Source of the DNA: Minutocellus sp. GHC0000111
Taxonomy: Eukaryota
Assembly (NCBI GenBank): GCA_977018835.1
Contig: OZ361256.1
Coordinates: 1,550,001-1,614,000, forward strand
Length of the DNA: 64,000 nt
Reading direction: 5' to 3'
Shown here: piece after piece, positions 23,801 to 32,896 of the stretch
Position numbering within the stretch: the first letter of the stretch is position 1
How the letters are laid out: each line of letters begins with the position of its first letter
Program-made: the position numbers and the translations under genes
Notes under the pieces: model-generated
What the model was told of the DNA's origin: nothing
Seen by the model: the letters and a program-made list of their open reading frames with translations, nothing else
Database searches by the model: none

Positions 23801-26229
23801 ATGTTGCCCGACAGGTCGAGAATAAGCTTCTGGAAACGGCTCCACGCTGCCGGGACGGTTCCTGTGAACTGATTGTCGCCAAGCATGATGCTCACCTCCT
23901 CATCAGTAACGCTAGAGCCCGACAGGAGGTCCGCAGGGAGGGGTCCCTTGAGACTGTTGGAATTCAAATGAAGCCTCGTTAGCATTTTCATCCCATTCAA
24001 CGATGGCAACGTACCGCCGATGCCACTTCCCGACTTGGACGTTTGATGGATCGACAACTCCACGAGGTTGATAAGCTTGTTGAGCGCGGCGGCGGGAAGC
24101 GTACCGGTGAACTCATTCTCCGAAAGTGCCAGTCGCTTCAGCGAGCCACCAATATTACCAATCTCCACCGGGATCTGCCCGGTAACCGATCCACCGTACA
24201 GATGGAACTCCTGCAGATTTGCGAGCTTTCCGATCTCCGTCGGCAGAGTGCCGGTGAAGGCGTTGTGCGACAGCGACACATACTCCAACGACGCAATGTC
24301 AAAGATTGTCTTGGGAATGGGCCCGCCGATCTTGTTCTGCGATATGCGCAGCTCCTTGAGCGGGAGCTGGCCGATCTCGTCAATGTCATCCGTCGAGGAG
24401 AGGCCGGTATTGGAGATCCACAGATACTGCAGCTTTGTCGCCTCGAAGATGCCCCGGAAGCGGAAGTCGATGGCATTGGCCATGAGGTCGAGCTTGGTCA
24501 GCTCCGGGAGGCGGTAGATGGTCGAGGGCGGAGTACCGGTGAGGCCATTGTTCTTCATGTTGATCGCAACGACGTTGCCAACGCCGTCGCACTCGATTCC
24601 GTACCAGTCGCACCCGTTCCCGTCGCCGGTGGCCCAACCGGTGTGATCGTTCCACGAATCTCCTCCGGTGGCGGCGTAGAACTCCAGCAAGATCTTGGCC
24701 TGGTCGGTGGTGATGCCGTCCGCCCCGCCGGCGCAGTCGGTCTGGCCGAGGTAGGGGGACGACGACGAGGCGCAGGGAACGCAGGGTCCATCCTCGGCCG
24801 TGGCCCGACCGAGGTCGGAGGACGTGCCGATGGGACAGAGGATGGCGTCGCACCCACCGCCGCTGCTGCCGACGTCGCCATCCATCCAATGGGATCGGGT
24901 GCACAGATCGGACGCGATGGAGGTGAACTTGTTGCCGACGAGGTAGATGTTGAGCCGATCAAAGTCCTTGAGGGTGGCGGGGACCTCCCCGGACAGGCCG
25001 TTGTTCTGGAGGTTGACCTTGAGTCCGTCCTGCTTGGGGGCGTAGTAGAGGAAGTTGTCGGGGATGGTCCGCGTCAGCCGTTGGTTCTCGAAGTACACCT
25101 CCTCGACCGACCGGAGGTTGGACAGGTCGGGGAGGGGACCGGTGATGCCCTCCCCCTTGGCCTTGCCGTGGGTGCGCTGGATGGCCAGAATTTCCACCTT
25201 GGTCAGATCGTTGAGGGTTTGGGGCAACGTCCCCCCAAAGGCATTCTGGCTGAGGGCCAGAACGCGCAGATCCGATAGACTGCCAACCTCGTCGGGAATT
25301 TGGCCCGTCAGATCGTTCTCGTACAGGTACAAATGGGTGAGCCGATCGAGCTGCCCAATCTTGCTGGACAACGTACCGGTGAAGCCGGCGTAGTTGAAAT
25401 ACAGCTGCTTGAGGGTGGTGACGTCGTAGATCTCGTCGGGGATCGGACCGCCAAAGTCGCAGTCGGTGATGTGGATCTCCTCAAAGGTCGACGGCACCTT
25501 GGAGATGCCGGCGAGGCTGGTAACGGCGGTGTTGCTCAGGATGAGATTCTCCAAATATTGGGCATTGCCCACGTTGCGAAAGGTCACGTCGACGGACGGG
25601 TTGTCCCGAAGGTTGAGGACCTGGAGGAAGGGCAGGTCCCACACCTCCTCGGGCATGGTTCCCTGGACGTGATTCTCGCTCAGATCGATTTCGCGGACGT
25701 GTCCAATCCGTTCCTCGTCGGGACCGTCGGGATCACTGGATGCGTAGCACGATATGCCCTTCCAGGTGCACACGTCCGAGGAGGTGAACCAATTGGCGTG
25801 GTCGGTCCATTCCAGACCTTCGGTTTCGTCGTATATTTTGAGGAGGACCTCCATGGTGTTGAGGTTGGCGCTGTTGTTGTCGTTGTTACTGGTGCTAGTA
25901 GTGGTGCTGCTCTGGGCCATGGCGGTCGGAGCATTACCAATCAGGCCAAGGAGGCACAAACTCGAGAGAATGAGGAGACTTGCACCAGATGACGATGACG
26001 ACGAAGCACTGAGAGGGGAGGATGTTCGCGCCGATGCCGACGAAGGGGCAGTACCAGCAGCATTGGCCTCATCATTGCAGCCGTCGCATTCCAAAGCCGA
26101 CTCCTCCCTCATGGCATCAATATCGGCATGCTCGTCGACGACATTGCTGCCATGGCAACTCCGCCGAAATCGTGAGCTGCTGCCCTCCGGTCGGTCGTCG
26201 CCACGTGCATTGCCGGTGGCGCCACACAT
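17887..26229 (-). CDS. Giant secreted/membrane-anchored leucine-rich-repeat protein (7 tandem LRR modules); in-frame intron 21529-21678
   Basis: Plant-type LRRs (LxxLxLxxNxLxGxIP), repeated N-caps (FY.ATGG..W....W......C.W.G..C) and Cys-rich C-caps (GCDAILCP.GT...GRQ...C.PC...Y.GS..C). Signal-like hydrophobic stretch ending AMA-Q; C-terminal hydrophobic tail; no kinase domain. AAG|GTAAGC...ATGCAG|AAC intron of 150 nt. Start uncertain. Confidence 0.9.
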   Translation of the reverse strand: MCGATGNARGDDRPEGSSSRFRRSCHGSNVVDEHADIDAMREESALECDGCNDEANAAGTAPSSASARTSSPLSASSSSSSGASLLILSSLCLLGLIGNAPTAMAQSSTTTSTSNNDNNSANLNTMEVLLKIYDETEGLEWTDHANWFTSSDVCTWKGISCYASSDPDGPDEERIGHVREIDLSENHVQGTMPEEVWDLPFLQVLNLRDNPSVDVTFRNVGNAQYLENLILSNTAVTSLAGISKVPSTFEEIHITDCDFGGPIPDEIYDVTTLKQLYFNYAGFTGTLSSKIGQLDRLTHLYLYENDLTGQIPDEVGSLSDLRVLALSQNAFGGTLPQTLNDLTKVEILAIQRTHGKAKGEGITGPLPDLSNLRSVEEVYFENQRLTRTIPDNFLYYAPKQDGLKVNLQNNGLSGEVPATLKDFDRLNIYLVGNKFTSIASDLCTRSHWMDGDVGSSGGGCDAILCPIGTSSDLGRATAEDGPCVPCASSSSPYLGQTDCAGGADGITTDQAKILLEFYAATGGDSWNDHTGWATGDGNGCDWYGIECDGVGNVVAINMKNNGLTGTPPSTIYRLPELTKLDLMANAIDFRFRGIFEATKLQYLWISNTGLSSTDDIDEIGQLPLKELRISQNKIGGPIPKTIFDIASLEYVSLSHNAFTGTLPTEIGKLANLQEFHLYGGSVTGQIPVEIGNIGGSLKRLALSENEFTGTLPAAALNKLINLVELSIHQTSKSGSGIGGTLPSLNGMKMLTRLHLNSNSLKGPLPADLLSGSSVTDEEVSIMLGDNQFTGTVPAAWSRFQKLILDLSGNMITGIGSGLCGMGDWNEKAVASYGCDAILCPVGEYNSNGRQAGGTSTCQSCPSAQYMGSVECGAIADDPTLNGDQKILEEIYYAAGGAQWKNSDGWTTDTDVCNWYGVSCNGSGSVTALDLSENNLEGSIPTSVFRLSALTELDLQSNDIAFSFDEIDQAVSLTTLYLSLTGLESIDGIGRAKNLKVFHSTNNKLSTIPYDLYDVTSLEKVYLNYNNIGGRLSGGIKKLSNLEELYLMHNQLTGQIPSGIGALGNIRVLGLTENNFDGTLPVELENLRTLEVLAIQREGGTDGQTAGGSDVGTNFGSNKNGKGIGGPLLSFKDMPNLKELYLGSNSLTGTIPFDFLNGVEDKDSRQLIVDLVSNQLEGRVPSSLSQFDDMSIYLADNKFEELADGLCNKNDWMKSKVVDFGCDAIMCPPNTYAKHGRQTSSDTVCTRCPVGSTAPFYGSFECINDLAVDSLKERDILAAIYNALRGPQWTLSTNWLNHDVSFCQWHGIECVSGTESVRGIRLPQNDLEGYVPSVIFELPNLEEINVAGNEIAFSFDGIEGAGRLEYLNVDNIGLKSLSGLENAPQLKLLHVVGNNFGGTFPEEVYSLTNLEALYLSDNDIGGRLHSAMAVLTNLVYLQCYECGLDQSIPTWLGSLDSLEYLRLDQNSLHGTIPTEIEGLTKIQHIDLSDQISRGGTGLTGPLPRFANLLDLTELYLFKVSFMARQNQAKLIYYTACYYLSLENRIHLITPFPGQNLSFQPPPPLVSMQNNLSGDIPSDFLFGEYKTHELQVDLRQNKLTGTISSSLAQLSKLSIYLAGNMMTAAIPAQICTMSFARGYGCDGVMCPPGTFNELGRQTSKDNPCQPCDDLDSTQYYGSVQCGMNNEKEILKIFYSELNGPDWDDNDNWEDAGASACKYHGITCTAGTDYVESIVLESNNLVGTVPTEIFNLPNLREIKLKSNDITFNFEGIESAQKLVRLHLSDTGLTSIDGIGKAQSLKYLHLTSNILVNLPDDFFELSNLQDVYLNYNGIQGTLSTKIGKLTNLENLFVFHNRITGEIPTQVEYLTKLKTFAMAENYMSGTIPSELTSLSSLQIIALQREGGETAPGIGGPLEVKTAGEIGAGFTGSIPAFDQMPKLKELYLGANSLSGTIPRDFLNGIQDKSASIKVDLSQNILVGTVPEKLTAFDSLKLYLSDNKLKALPDAFCSKSSWMGGEVATNKCDAIMCPPGTYNEYGRQANDETPCEPCPFTYTAEFYGSIECIPSNTGDYSEREILRLFFQATGGNQWSDKSNWLKDGVSVCQWNGITCAYEEGGAGDTVTRIQLPSNKLRGTVPPAIYQLPNLKTVDVSNNDVGFEFRGIEMARVLDALYLDRTRVSSLDGIGKASRLTTLHVQNNDFKGAPIPSELYDLGNLESLYLSDSNFGGTLSADIKKLDDLQEFYCHGNSLTGTLPPELGTLHNLKVLQLSENLFVGEIPREFDGMESLQSLFIDSYTRNSVGLSGPVPDFNQMEHLTEISLNANSLTGSIPDDFLINLKNKKSSVVIGLQDNQISGTLPQVLSRFSKLNIDVSGNMITKIDESLCALQGWQGGDVASFGCDAILCPAGTFNQYGRRSSNQFPCVPCEGAEQSPYMGSLICESEEKKKEKEILKLFYNVCGGKNWKNNDNWMSDDVDICHWFGISCKDGKTVDSILLGENNVVGTPPAKIFEMTNLKWLWLYSNPINFKFDGIGNAKRLTSLLLDQTGLSSLRGIGAASTIEDLDLRFNNLKGPLPPEISQMINLKDFAVEGNRLTGALPSFDGMKRLERLRLGSNRFAGALQDFTSNKRLKSIDVSGNIMSGPIPSTLLKGTDEDEEIYLDLSSNNFIGEVPGELARFEKMTIYLRDNLITGVNPALCENDEWNDGDVGEFNCDGILCPAGTFSENYGRQTTGGQLTQCVQCDKAKYFGASFCGVRSSAVTTRLGVAIGVVSASIVALAVTLI

Positions 26230-26856
26230 GATATGCTGGCTAGTCTAATTGGCCAGCAGCCCCAACAAGCAGTCAGTTCAAGATGCAAGCGAGTTGATCG
26301 CAAATGCGGAGAGGAGACGTGAGGAGGACCCGCACTCTCTCTCTCTCTGCCGATCACGCCAATGATGTGAGAGGAGCGCAAGTCGTTTGAGCACGCAACA
26401 GTCAACACGCCAAAAACAAGACCGCGCAATATTTTTGGCTCTCGGCAGCAACGTAGGATTTACGTACGGTACGTAGAAAATAACGGTGCCCCCCCCCCTC
26501 GCGTCGCGTTGCGTCGTGACAAAACCGCAAAAGTAAGTTCTGGTTTTTGTATTGTTGTGTGCCGCACTGGGAGATGCGGCGGTACCGACCGACCTTGCTT
26601 CGCTTCACTTGGTGCAACTTTACTAGGCCTAGTACTTCAAACGAGGGACGCGGCGCGACCTGTGAGGTCGAATTGATACTTGCCCCCGCCCCCTGAACTG
26701 GCCGAGAGGTTACGCTCGTTCGGCGCATTCATTGCCCATCTCCTCGCCGCCCAGTGCATGCAGTGTCTTTGTCTGGCTGGCTGGCTGGCTGGTATCTTGA
26801 CATTTTATTTTGAGCCAAAACGCACAAAACACATCAATTGCGAGTATTTCAAGGCA

Positions 26857-29517
26857 ATGACAACAGCAACTGCATCTGCACCAATGTTGGGGACACCGCT
26901 CAGCCCCCGCCGAGGAGGGAACGAGGGTGGGGCCGACAATGCAACCGCCTCCTCCTCTACCTCCTCGCGCAAGGCCAACATTCAGGTGTGCGTCCGGCTC
27001 CGTCCCATCCTGCCCAGCGACGCGCCGAGACGGCCTGCATCGTCTGCTGCCGCCGGCGGCAGCGGTGCTCGGAGGGCGTCCCGGCTGCCCACGCCGACCA
27101 AGAAGGGGACCACCCGGCCACGACCAGGTGCAGCGGGTGCCAATACCAGTGCCAAGAACAGTGCTGCCGCAACGGCAAGGTTCGCCCGTACGACCGAGTC
27201 GGCCTCCCACCGGACCGACGACAGCTCTGCCTCTGCAGCATCCAACAATGGCACAGGCCATAACGGTACGGCCAAGCTCGCACTGATACCCGCCTGGGAG
27301 GTCACCACCTCGTCTCTGCACTCCACCACCGATACCATCGATACAACCACAGCAACGGATACCATCTACCAAAATCCCTCCACCAACCTCGACCCGTCCC
27401 GCACCTCGACCTACTCGTTCGATCGGGTATTCGGTCCCACCACCGCCACCTCCCACCTCTACACTTCCACCGTATCCGACGTCGTCCGGGCCAGCATGGA
27501 GGGATGTCACGGTTCGGTCTTCGCCTATGGCCAAACCTCTACCGGAAAGACGCACACCATGACGGGAACGCCGGACGATCCGGGCATCGTCCCGCTGGCC
27601 GTGCGGGAGTGCTTTCGGTACATCCGTTCGGCCAATGCCCATGCCAACAATTCGGTGGATGGGGATGAGGAAGACGACGACGACGAGGAGGAAAGCAATC
27701 GAGAGTATCTGCTGCGGGTGTCGTATCTGGAGATATATAACGAGACCATCCAAGACCTGCTCGCACCGCCTCCCGTGCCCGGTCCGAGGGGGGCCGGTGT
27801 CCCCTACTCCAATTCTACCGCTGCCGGAGGCGGTGGTGGTGGCGGCAGCACCATACGCATCTTCGAGAGCAAGGCGGAGGGGGTCGTCGTCCGCGGCCTA
27901 AGGGAGGAGGTGGTGACCAGCTCCGAGCAGGTGTTTGCGTTGCTGGCGACGGGAGAGGCCCGGAGGAGGACGGGGTCGACGGCGTTGAATCGGGCCAGCA
28001 GTCGATCGCATTCGATCTTTCGGCTGATCATTGAAAGTCGGGCGAGGAATGGTAATTCGGGAGGCCGGACCAGCAGGAGGGGCAGTGCCGTGGTGGATGG
28101 GTCGTCGCCGGCCCGATCGGTGGGAAGGGGCAATGGCGGTGGTGGTGACGACGATTCGGTCCGCAGTGGTGCGTCCGTGTCGACAGCCGGCGGTGCCGGC
28201 GGTCCGGTGCGGGTGTCGTCGTTGTCCCTGGTCGATCTGGCCGGCAGCGAGAGCGTCAAGGCCAGCGGCGCGTCCGGGGCCCGCGCCAAGGAGGGGCAGT
28301 TCATCAACAAGAGCCTGCTCACGCTGGGCCATGTCATCTACAAGCTGTCGGAGATGTCCTCGGCCAAGGCCGAGAGGGGGGCCCTGTCGATGAGCACCAA
28401 GCACATACCCTACCGAGACAGCAAGCTCACGCGGCTGCTCCAGCCCAGCCTGTCGGGCAATGCGCAGATATGCATCATATGCAACGTCAGCCCCCTCGAG
28501 CGGAACTTGGAGGAGTCGCACAACACCCTCAAGTTTGGGCTGCGCGCCAAGAAGATCAAGCAGAACGCCAGCATCAACGAGGTGGTGGACGACCGGACGC
28601 TGTTGCATAACTACCGGGAGGAGATCGAGGCCCTGAAGCGGCAGCTCCGCGAGGCCAAGGAGGCGCAGGCTGCCTTGCAGAAGGAGCGAGACGAGGCCGT
28701 GGTGTCGTCGCCGGCGGCGGCACCGCTCGATGCGGATGATGAGGACATCCAAACCCTGGTGGAAGCCATTCAGAACCTGGAGAAGCTCATCTTGCGCAAG
28801 GCTACCGTGAAGGGTACTGTGGAGAAGCCCAGGGCACCGTCTGAAAAAAATGGCGGAGGGAGTAGGAGAGACCATTTGGATAGGACGGGATCATTCTTTG
28901 CCAGTGGCAACTTTGAATCTCTTCTCATTGACGACGACGACGATGAAAAGAACGGGGATATCAACAATGATAGAGCGCCCAGAACTCCCACCACACGTCG
29001 CAACCTCAATAAATCTGTCTTTGAGGTGTCCGATTTGAATGCGGAGGCCAGCCCAGATGATGATGATGAAGACGACGGAATGATTACGGAGCTCCATCGG
29101 ATCCAGGGCTTGCTGGGGTCGGTACTGAAAAAGACCAAGTCGATAACGACGCCGTCCAGACCGACCATGGCAAATGCTTCCAGCGCGCAGAACACCCCCA
29201 ATCGTGACGAGGAGGTGGAACTGCTTCGCTCCCAGCTCAAGGAACAGGAGGTGGCCACATCGCTTCGGAAGGCCGACAGTTCATTTCTCCAGAGTCAATT
29301 GCAAGAAAAGGATGCCCTGTTGCAGGAAGTATCGAAGATTTTGGATGCAGTGGAAAAGAGACAAGTGGAGTTGGAGAAGGCCAATTCTCGAATGAGACAG
29401 GACTTGGCGGAGAAGAATGCAACGATTGAGTACCAAAGCCGGCAAATCGAAAAGCTTAGAAGTTGCACTACTGCTGGAAAGGATGATGACGAGGATCTAT
29501 TTGACGATCTTGTCTGA
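26857..29517 (+). CDS. Kinesin motor protein, kinesin-7 (CENP-E)-like, with coiled-coil tail
   Basis: IQVCVRLRP, YSFDRVF, P-loop [52 protein letters not shown]. Confidence 0.9.
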   Translation: MTTATASAPMLGTPLSPRRGGNEGGADNATASSSTSSRKANIQVCVRLRPILPSDAPRRPASSAAAGGSGARRASRLPTPTKKGTTRPRPGAAGANTSAKNSAAATARFARTTESASHRTDDSSASAASNNGTGHNGTAKLALIPAWEVTTSSLHSTTDTIDTTTATDTIYQNPSTNLDPSRTSTYSFDRVFGPTTATSHLYTSTVSDVVRASMEGCHGSVFAYGQTSTGKTHTMTGTPDDPGIVPLAVRECFRYIRSANAHANNSVDGDEEDDDDEEESNREYLLRVSYLEIYNETIQDLLAPPPVPGPRGAGVPYSNSTAAGGGGGGGSTIRIFESKAEGVVVRGLREEVVTSSEQVFALLATGEARRRTGSTALNRASSRSHSIFRLIIESRARNGNSGGRTSRRGSAVVDGSSPARSVGRGNGGGGDDDSVRSGASVSTAGGAGGPVRVSSLSLVDLAGSESVKASGASGARAKEGQFINKSLLTLGHVIYKLSEMSSAKAERGALSMSTKHIPYRDSKLTRLLQPSLSGNAQICIICNVSPLERNLEESHNTLKFGLRAKKIKQNASINEVVDDRTLLHNYREEIEALKRQLREAKEAQAALQKERDEAVVSSPAAAPLDADDEDIQTLVEAIQNLEKLILRKATVKGTVEKPRAPSEKNGGGSRRDHLDRTGSFFASGNFESLLIDDDDDEKNGDINNDRAPRTPTTRRNLNKSVFEVSDLNAEASPDDDDEDDGMITELHRIQGLLGSVLKKTKSITTPSRPTMANASSAQNTPNRDEEVELLRSQLKEQEVATSLRKADSSFLQSQLQEKDALLQEVSKILDAVEKRQVELEKANSRMRQDLAEKNATIEYQSRQIEKLRSCTTAGKDDDEDLFDDLV

Positions 29518-30424
29518 ATTTAGTACACCTCGACCCGCTCCATTAGATCTAGTCTACTACCGGTACCGGCACACCCTAGATCTACTACCGGCACACCATG
29601 CATCATTCATTCATATTACAATGCGTTAGCTAAGTAGCTAGACTACGTAGTAACAATTGATAGATCTAGCTTAGTAGATCTAGCTAGATCTAGGTGTTAC
29701 TGTACATGTAGATCTAGCTAGCTCCATGTACCGGTACCGGTACATGTAGGTGCTGATCGTGGGAGAAAGCATGCGAGAGCAACGGTCAGATCAAGCTGCC
29801 GGCGACTTACAGACCGTCCAGGCTGGAAGCAAAGCTCAAGGCAACCATACATGCCCACAGCTATGTCCACTATCAGCTGACCAAATGATGAGGTATCATA
29901 TCACACCTTACTCACCAGATATATAGACCACCGATATGTAGATCTAGAGCATTGCAGCACGTCAGTCCACTTTTGACGTTGTATTTTACCAGATACCATA
30001 CCAGCTCGATTTCCCCCGGCCTTCCATATGGCAGAATCCTCGAGACATCGAAAGCTTGGACAACTCCTCAAACATGGCCCATACGGCAAAGGCGGTGCAG
30101 GAACGTTCCGCAGGCAGCTGGTAGACTTCAAGGAAAATATTGCGAGAGTGCTGTGGGTTCTTTCACAGTACATGTGTGTAGAAGCCATCTCCGCCTGCAC
30201 GGCTGAAGAAACTAATTAGATTCTGATTCATCGCCCCCTTGATATTATTCGTTGTGTTATAACATGTTACATAGGCCAAATCCGAAGTATCTAGGTACTT
30301 CGAATACGACTTGTTGGCGGATTATCTTCCTCTATAGAGAGAGAGGTAGACAACCGCGAGTACGAACACAACACACACATAAGTGGGCTAGCTAGCCACC
30401 GGCAGCGTGGTTTACCTTCCGTGG

Positions 30425-32430
30425 CTACACCCCAGCAACTTCGCTCCCAGCGCTTACTTTCCTTTCATCCGATCCTTTATTCCCTTGATTGATCTGTATC
30501 AGAACCTTGGCGACAAGATCGGCTGCAACGGTATCATCGTCTGATGCGGTACGCTTTGGTTTGTTCAGTGTCGCTTCCGTTGCCGCAGGAGTATCTCCGC
30601 TCTTCGCAGTCTGCTGGGTTCCAGGGCCTCCATCAAGTCCCTGATCGCCAGGAGGGAGGGGAGGCATCTCCTGATCTTCCGCCACCACACCATCGTCGTC
30701 GTCACTGTCATCTTCATGTCCTTTCCTCGTGGAATCTTTGTGGTCGTTTCTCTCAATATTATCCGCAATATTATTAGTCAGGGTGCCTGCACGTGCGTCC
30801 TTGATCCACTTGCGAGCTTGTCGAAGGCGACGATTCAATTGGTCTCGTCTCTGACGAAGCGAGACACCATTCACATCGACGAAGTGCTTGGAACCTTTTG
30901 AGAGAAGATCTCTTAGAGCGCCAGGAAAGACGAAACCGGCATCACAGAGGGCATCGACGGGGGTAAGGCGGGCGTCGTCCAGGCACGCAAGAACGGCCGA
31001 GTCCATCCTCGGGTCAGGTCGCCGTCCGGATCCTTCCTTGGTCTTGTTGTGCCAGATCTGCTGGTAGATATCCCTGTCAGAGAGATTAGGAAAGGCATCG
31101 GGCCCTGAAGCAGGGGCAGGAAGACCAAACATCAAATCGTTTTGGTCATCAGATAGTCGTCGCTTCTTTTTCTTCTTTCGGTGTGATTTTGTTTTCTTTG
31201 CCGACGATCTCGTCCCCCTGCTTGCAGATGCTGCCATGGCAGGTGAAGAGAGTGAGATTGCAGTGGCAATAGAGGAGGAAGATGGAGAATCAAGCCTGCC
31301 CACGGGTTGTTGTGGCTGTCTCGAGGCCTCCAAGGCCCACCTACCAAGAGTCCACCGATTCATGTCGATATTGATGCTTCCCCCGATTTCCATAGGCAGA
31401 CGATCTCTCGGTAGGCAATAGCCCTGGAGGATGGAGAGGACTTCTTCGATCGATCCGGAGTGCAACTTATGACGCAGTCGAACATTTTGTGGCATCAAAC
31501 GACGAGCTAGAGGGCTGATGAAGTAGTAAATCAGAGCTCTTGGATGGCAGGCATGGACGGCCCTCAGGTGTATGGGCATCGCCACGTCGATGATGGCGGA
31601 ATACTGCTTTGCGAAGGTACCACTGGTGTGCCTCCAATCGGTATTTTGGAGATTAGCAACGACGACAACTCCACGTTGACGAAGGTCGGGAGATTCGATG
31701 ATGGTCTCGAGCAAATACCAGAGGCAACGCATCTCCCTCTGGACTGAATATTCTGCGAAGTTTCTACGGCTAGGCGTGAAGAAAAGCACGGCCCTCCCAG
31801 CGGCATCTGTGACGGGAAGGACCTGCCAGATCCGCCTCGTAGCGATGCTCATCATCTCGTCGCGGACGGCCTGCGACAAGGTCATGGGAAGGTATGCCAA
31901 GTCAGGGCCGAAGACTGAGACGCGCCCTTTCCAGTAGGCGGCCATGCTTTGCGCTGCGTTCTTGGCGTCTCCGTTTTGGTAATCCAGGAAGACGAACTTC
32001 TGTTGGTGGTCGACGGAGGACGGGCACTCTACCACAGCACGGTAGTATTCGGTCGTCGTTCCTTCGGGAAGCTCGGAGATTTCGCGATTGAAGTTGGCAA
32101 TTGCCTCCGGACATCTTGTACTTATACGACCGGTACTGGAGTTATTGGGCTGAGCACCGAAAAAGGAAAGCCCCCCAGGAGTCCACCGCCTGTCGATGAA
32201 GAGAGAAGAGAAGATAGGCCACACAAGTCAGATTGGACGGCCGCCATCTGGTCCGTCGAAAGAGCAGCCAGCTCCCGCTGTTCATCCTCGACGGTGAACG
32301 GATTGGCACAGAAGTTGCGAAGGTCTTCTTCGTGCTGCTGCTCGTCGTTTTCGCCACCCCTTGGTGACGATGTGCCGCGGACAGCAGCGGTAGCACCAAG
32401 AGCTCCTCCTCCTCCCGCAGCGGACGACAT
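30425..32430 (-). CDS. CRAL-TRIO domain protein with C-terminal DPRM domain (paralog 2); 1-nt frameshift in the C6 run at 32171-32176
   Basis: The N-terminal ORF (FTVEDEQRELAALS...SDLCG) aligns with paralog 1 (FTLHDEMRELSKL...SDLHG) and joins the main ORF if the homopolymer is one base longer. DAAGRAVLF, MPIHLRAVH, LPMEIGG. Confidence 0.75.
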
Positions 32431-32499
32431 GGCAAAGAAAATGAGAGAAACAAAATACTACGTTGCTTTGCTTTTGCAAATACTATCCATCGGTCAACT

Positions 32500-32727
32500 T
32501 TGTGGGTACCGCACGGTGGGGATGAGCTGGCGACGGTGGTTAGCAGCAGGCACTAAAACTGCATTCCTGTAGTGCCCAGTTTTTCTGCTGACCACCACCT
32601 TCGCCTCCTCTCGTCTCAACTGACCAAGCCACAACCATCTGCGATTGCTGCCGTTGCAATTGCTAAGTCAGCTTACAGTACCGGCTCCCAGAGCCTGTCT
32701 CTCTCTCTCAGTAGTTAGTTAGTTTTA
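32500..32727 (+). repeat. Terminal repeat A1
   Basis: 228 bp; 1 mismatch to A2 (32508 A vs 40519 G). Confidence 0.95.
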
Positions 32728-32896
32728 GCATTAGGTTGGTGCTACTCTACGAGTTCGTAATTATTGGCCGACACACCACCACTGCTTTTAGTCCAGAGAC
32801 CGCAGTCGACTCCGGACGGAGTCAAACGGCCACGGCTCAGCTCCGTTGATAGTGCACGTAGATCCGATACCAGTCTCTACGACGGCAGAACAGTGC

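Noticed and set aside
18800..26000. Long + strand ORFs (e.g. 20551-21645, 24043-25278)
   Set aside because: Antisense shadows of the LRR gene caused by codon bias; no recognisable domains.
29750..30219. Coding-like fragment with a possible GT...AG intron (...KLGQLLKHGPYGKGGAGTFRRQLVDFKENI...)
   Set aside because: Short, interrupted by stops, with no start and no recognisable family; possibly a gene relic but unsupported.
32549..32582. Calling a functional HDV-like ribozyme
   Set aside because: P1.1 partner, P4 and the catalytic J4/2 strand are absent; kept only as a structured-RNA observation.
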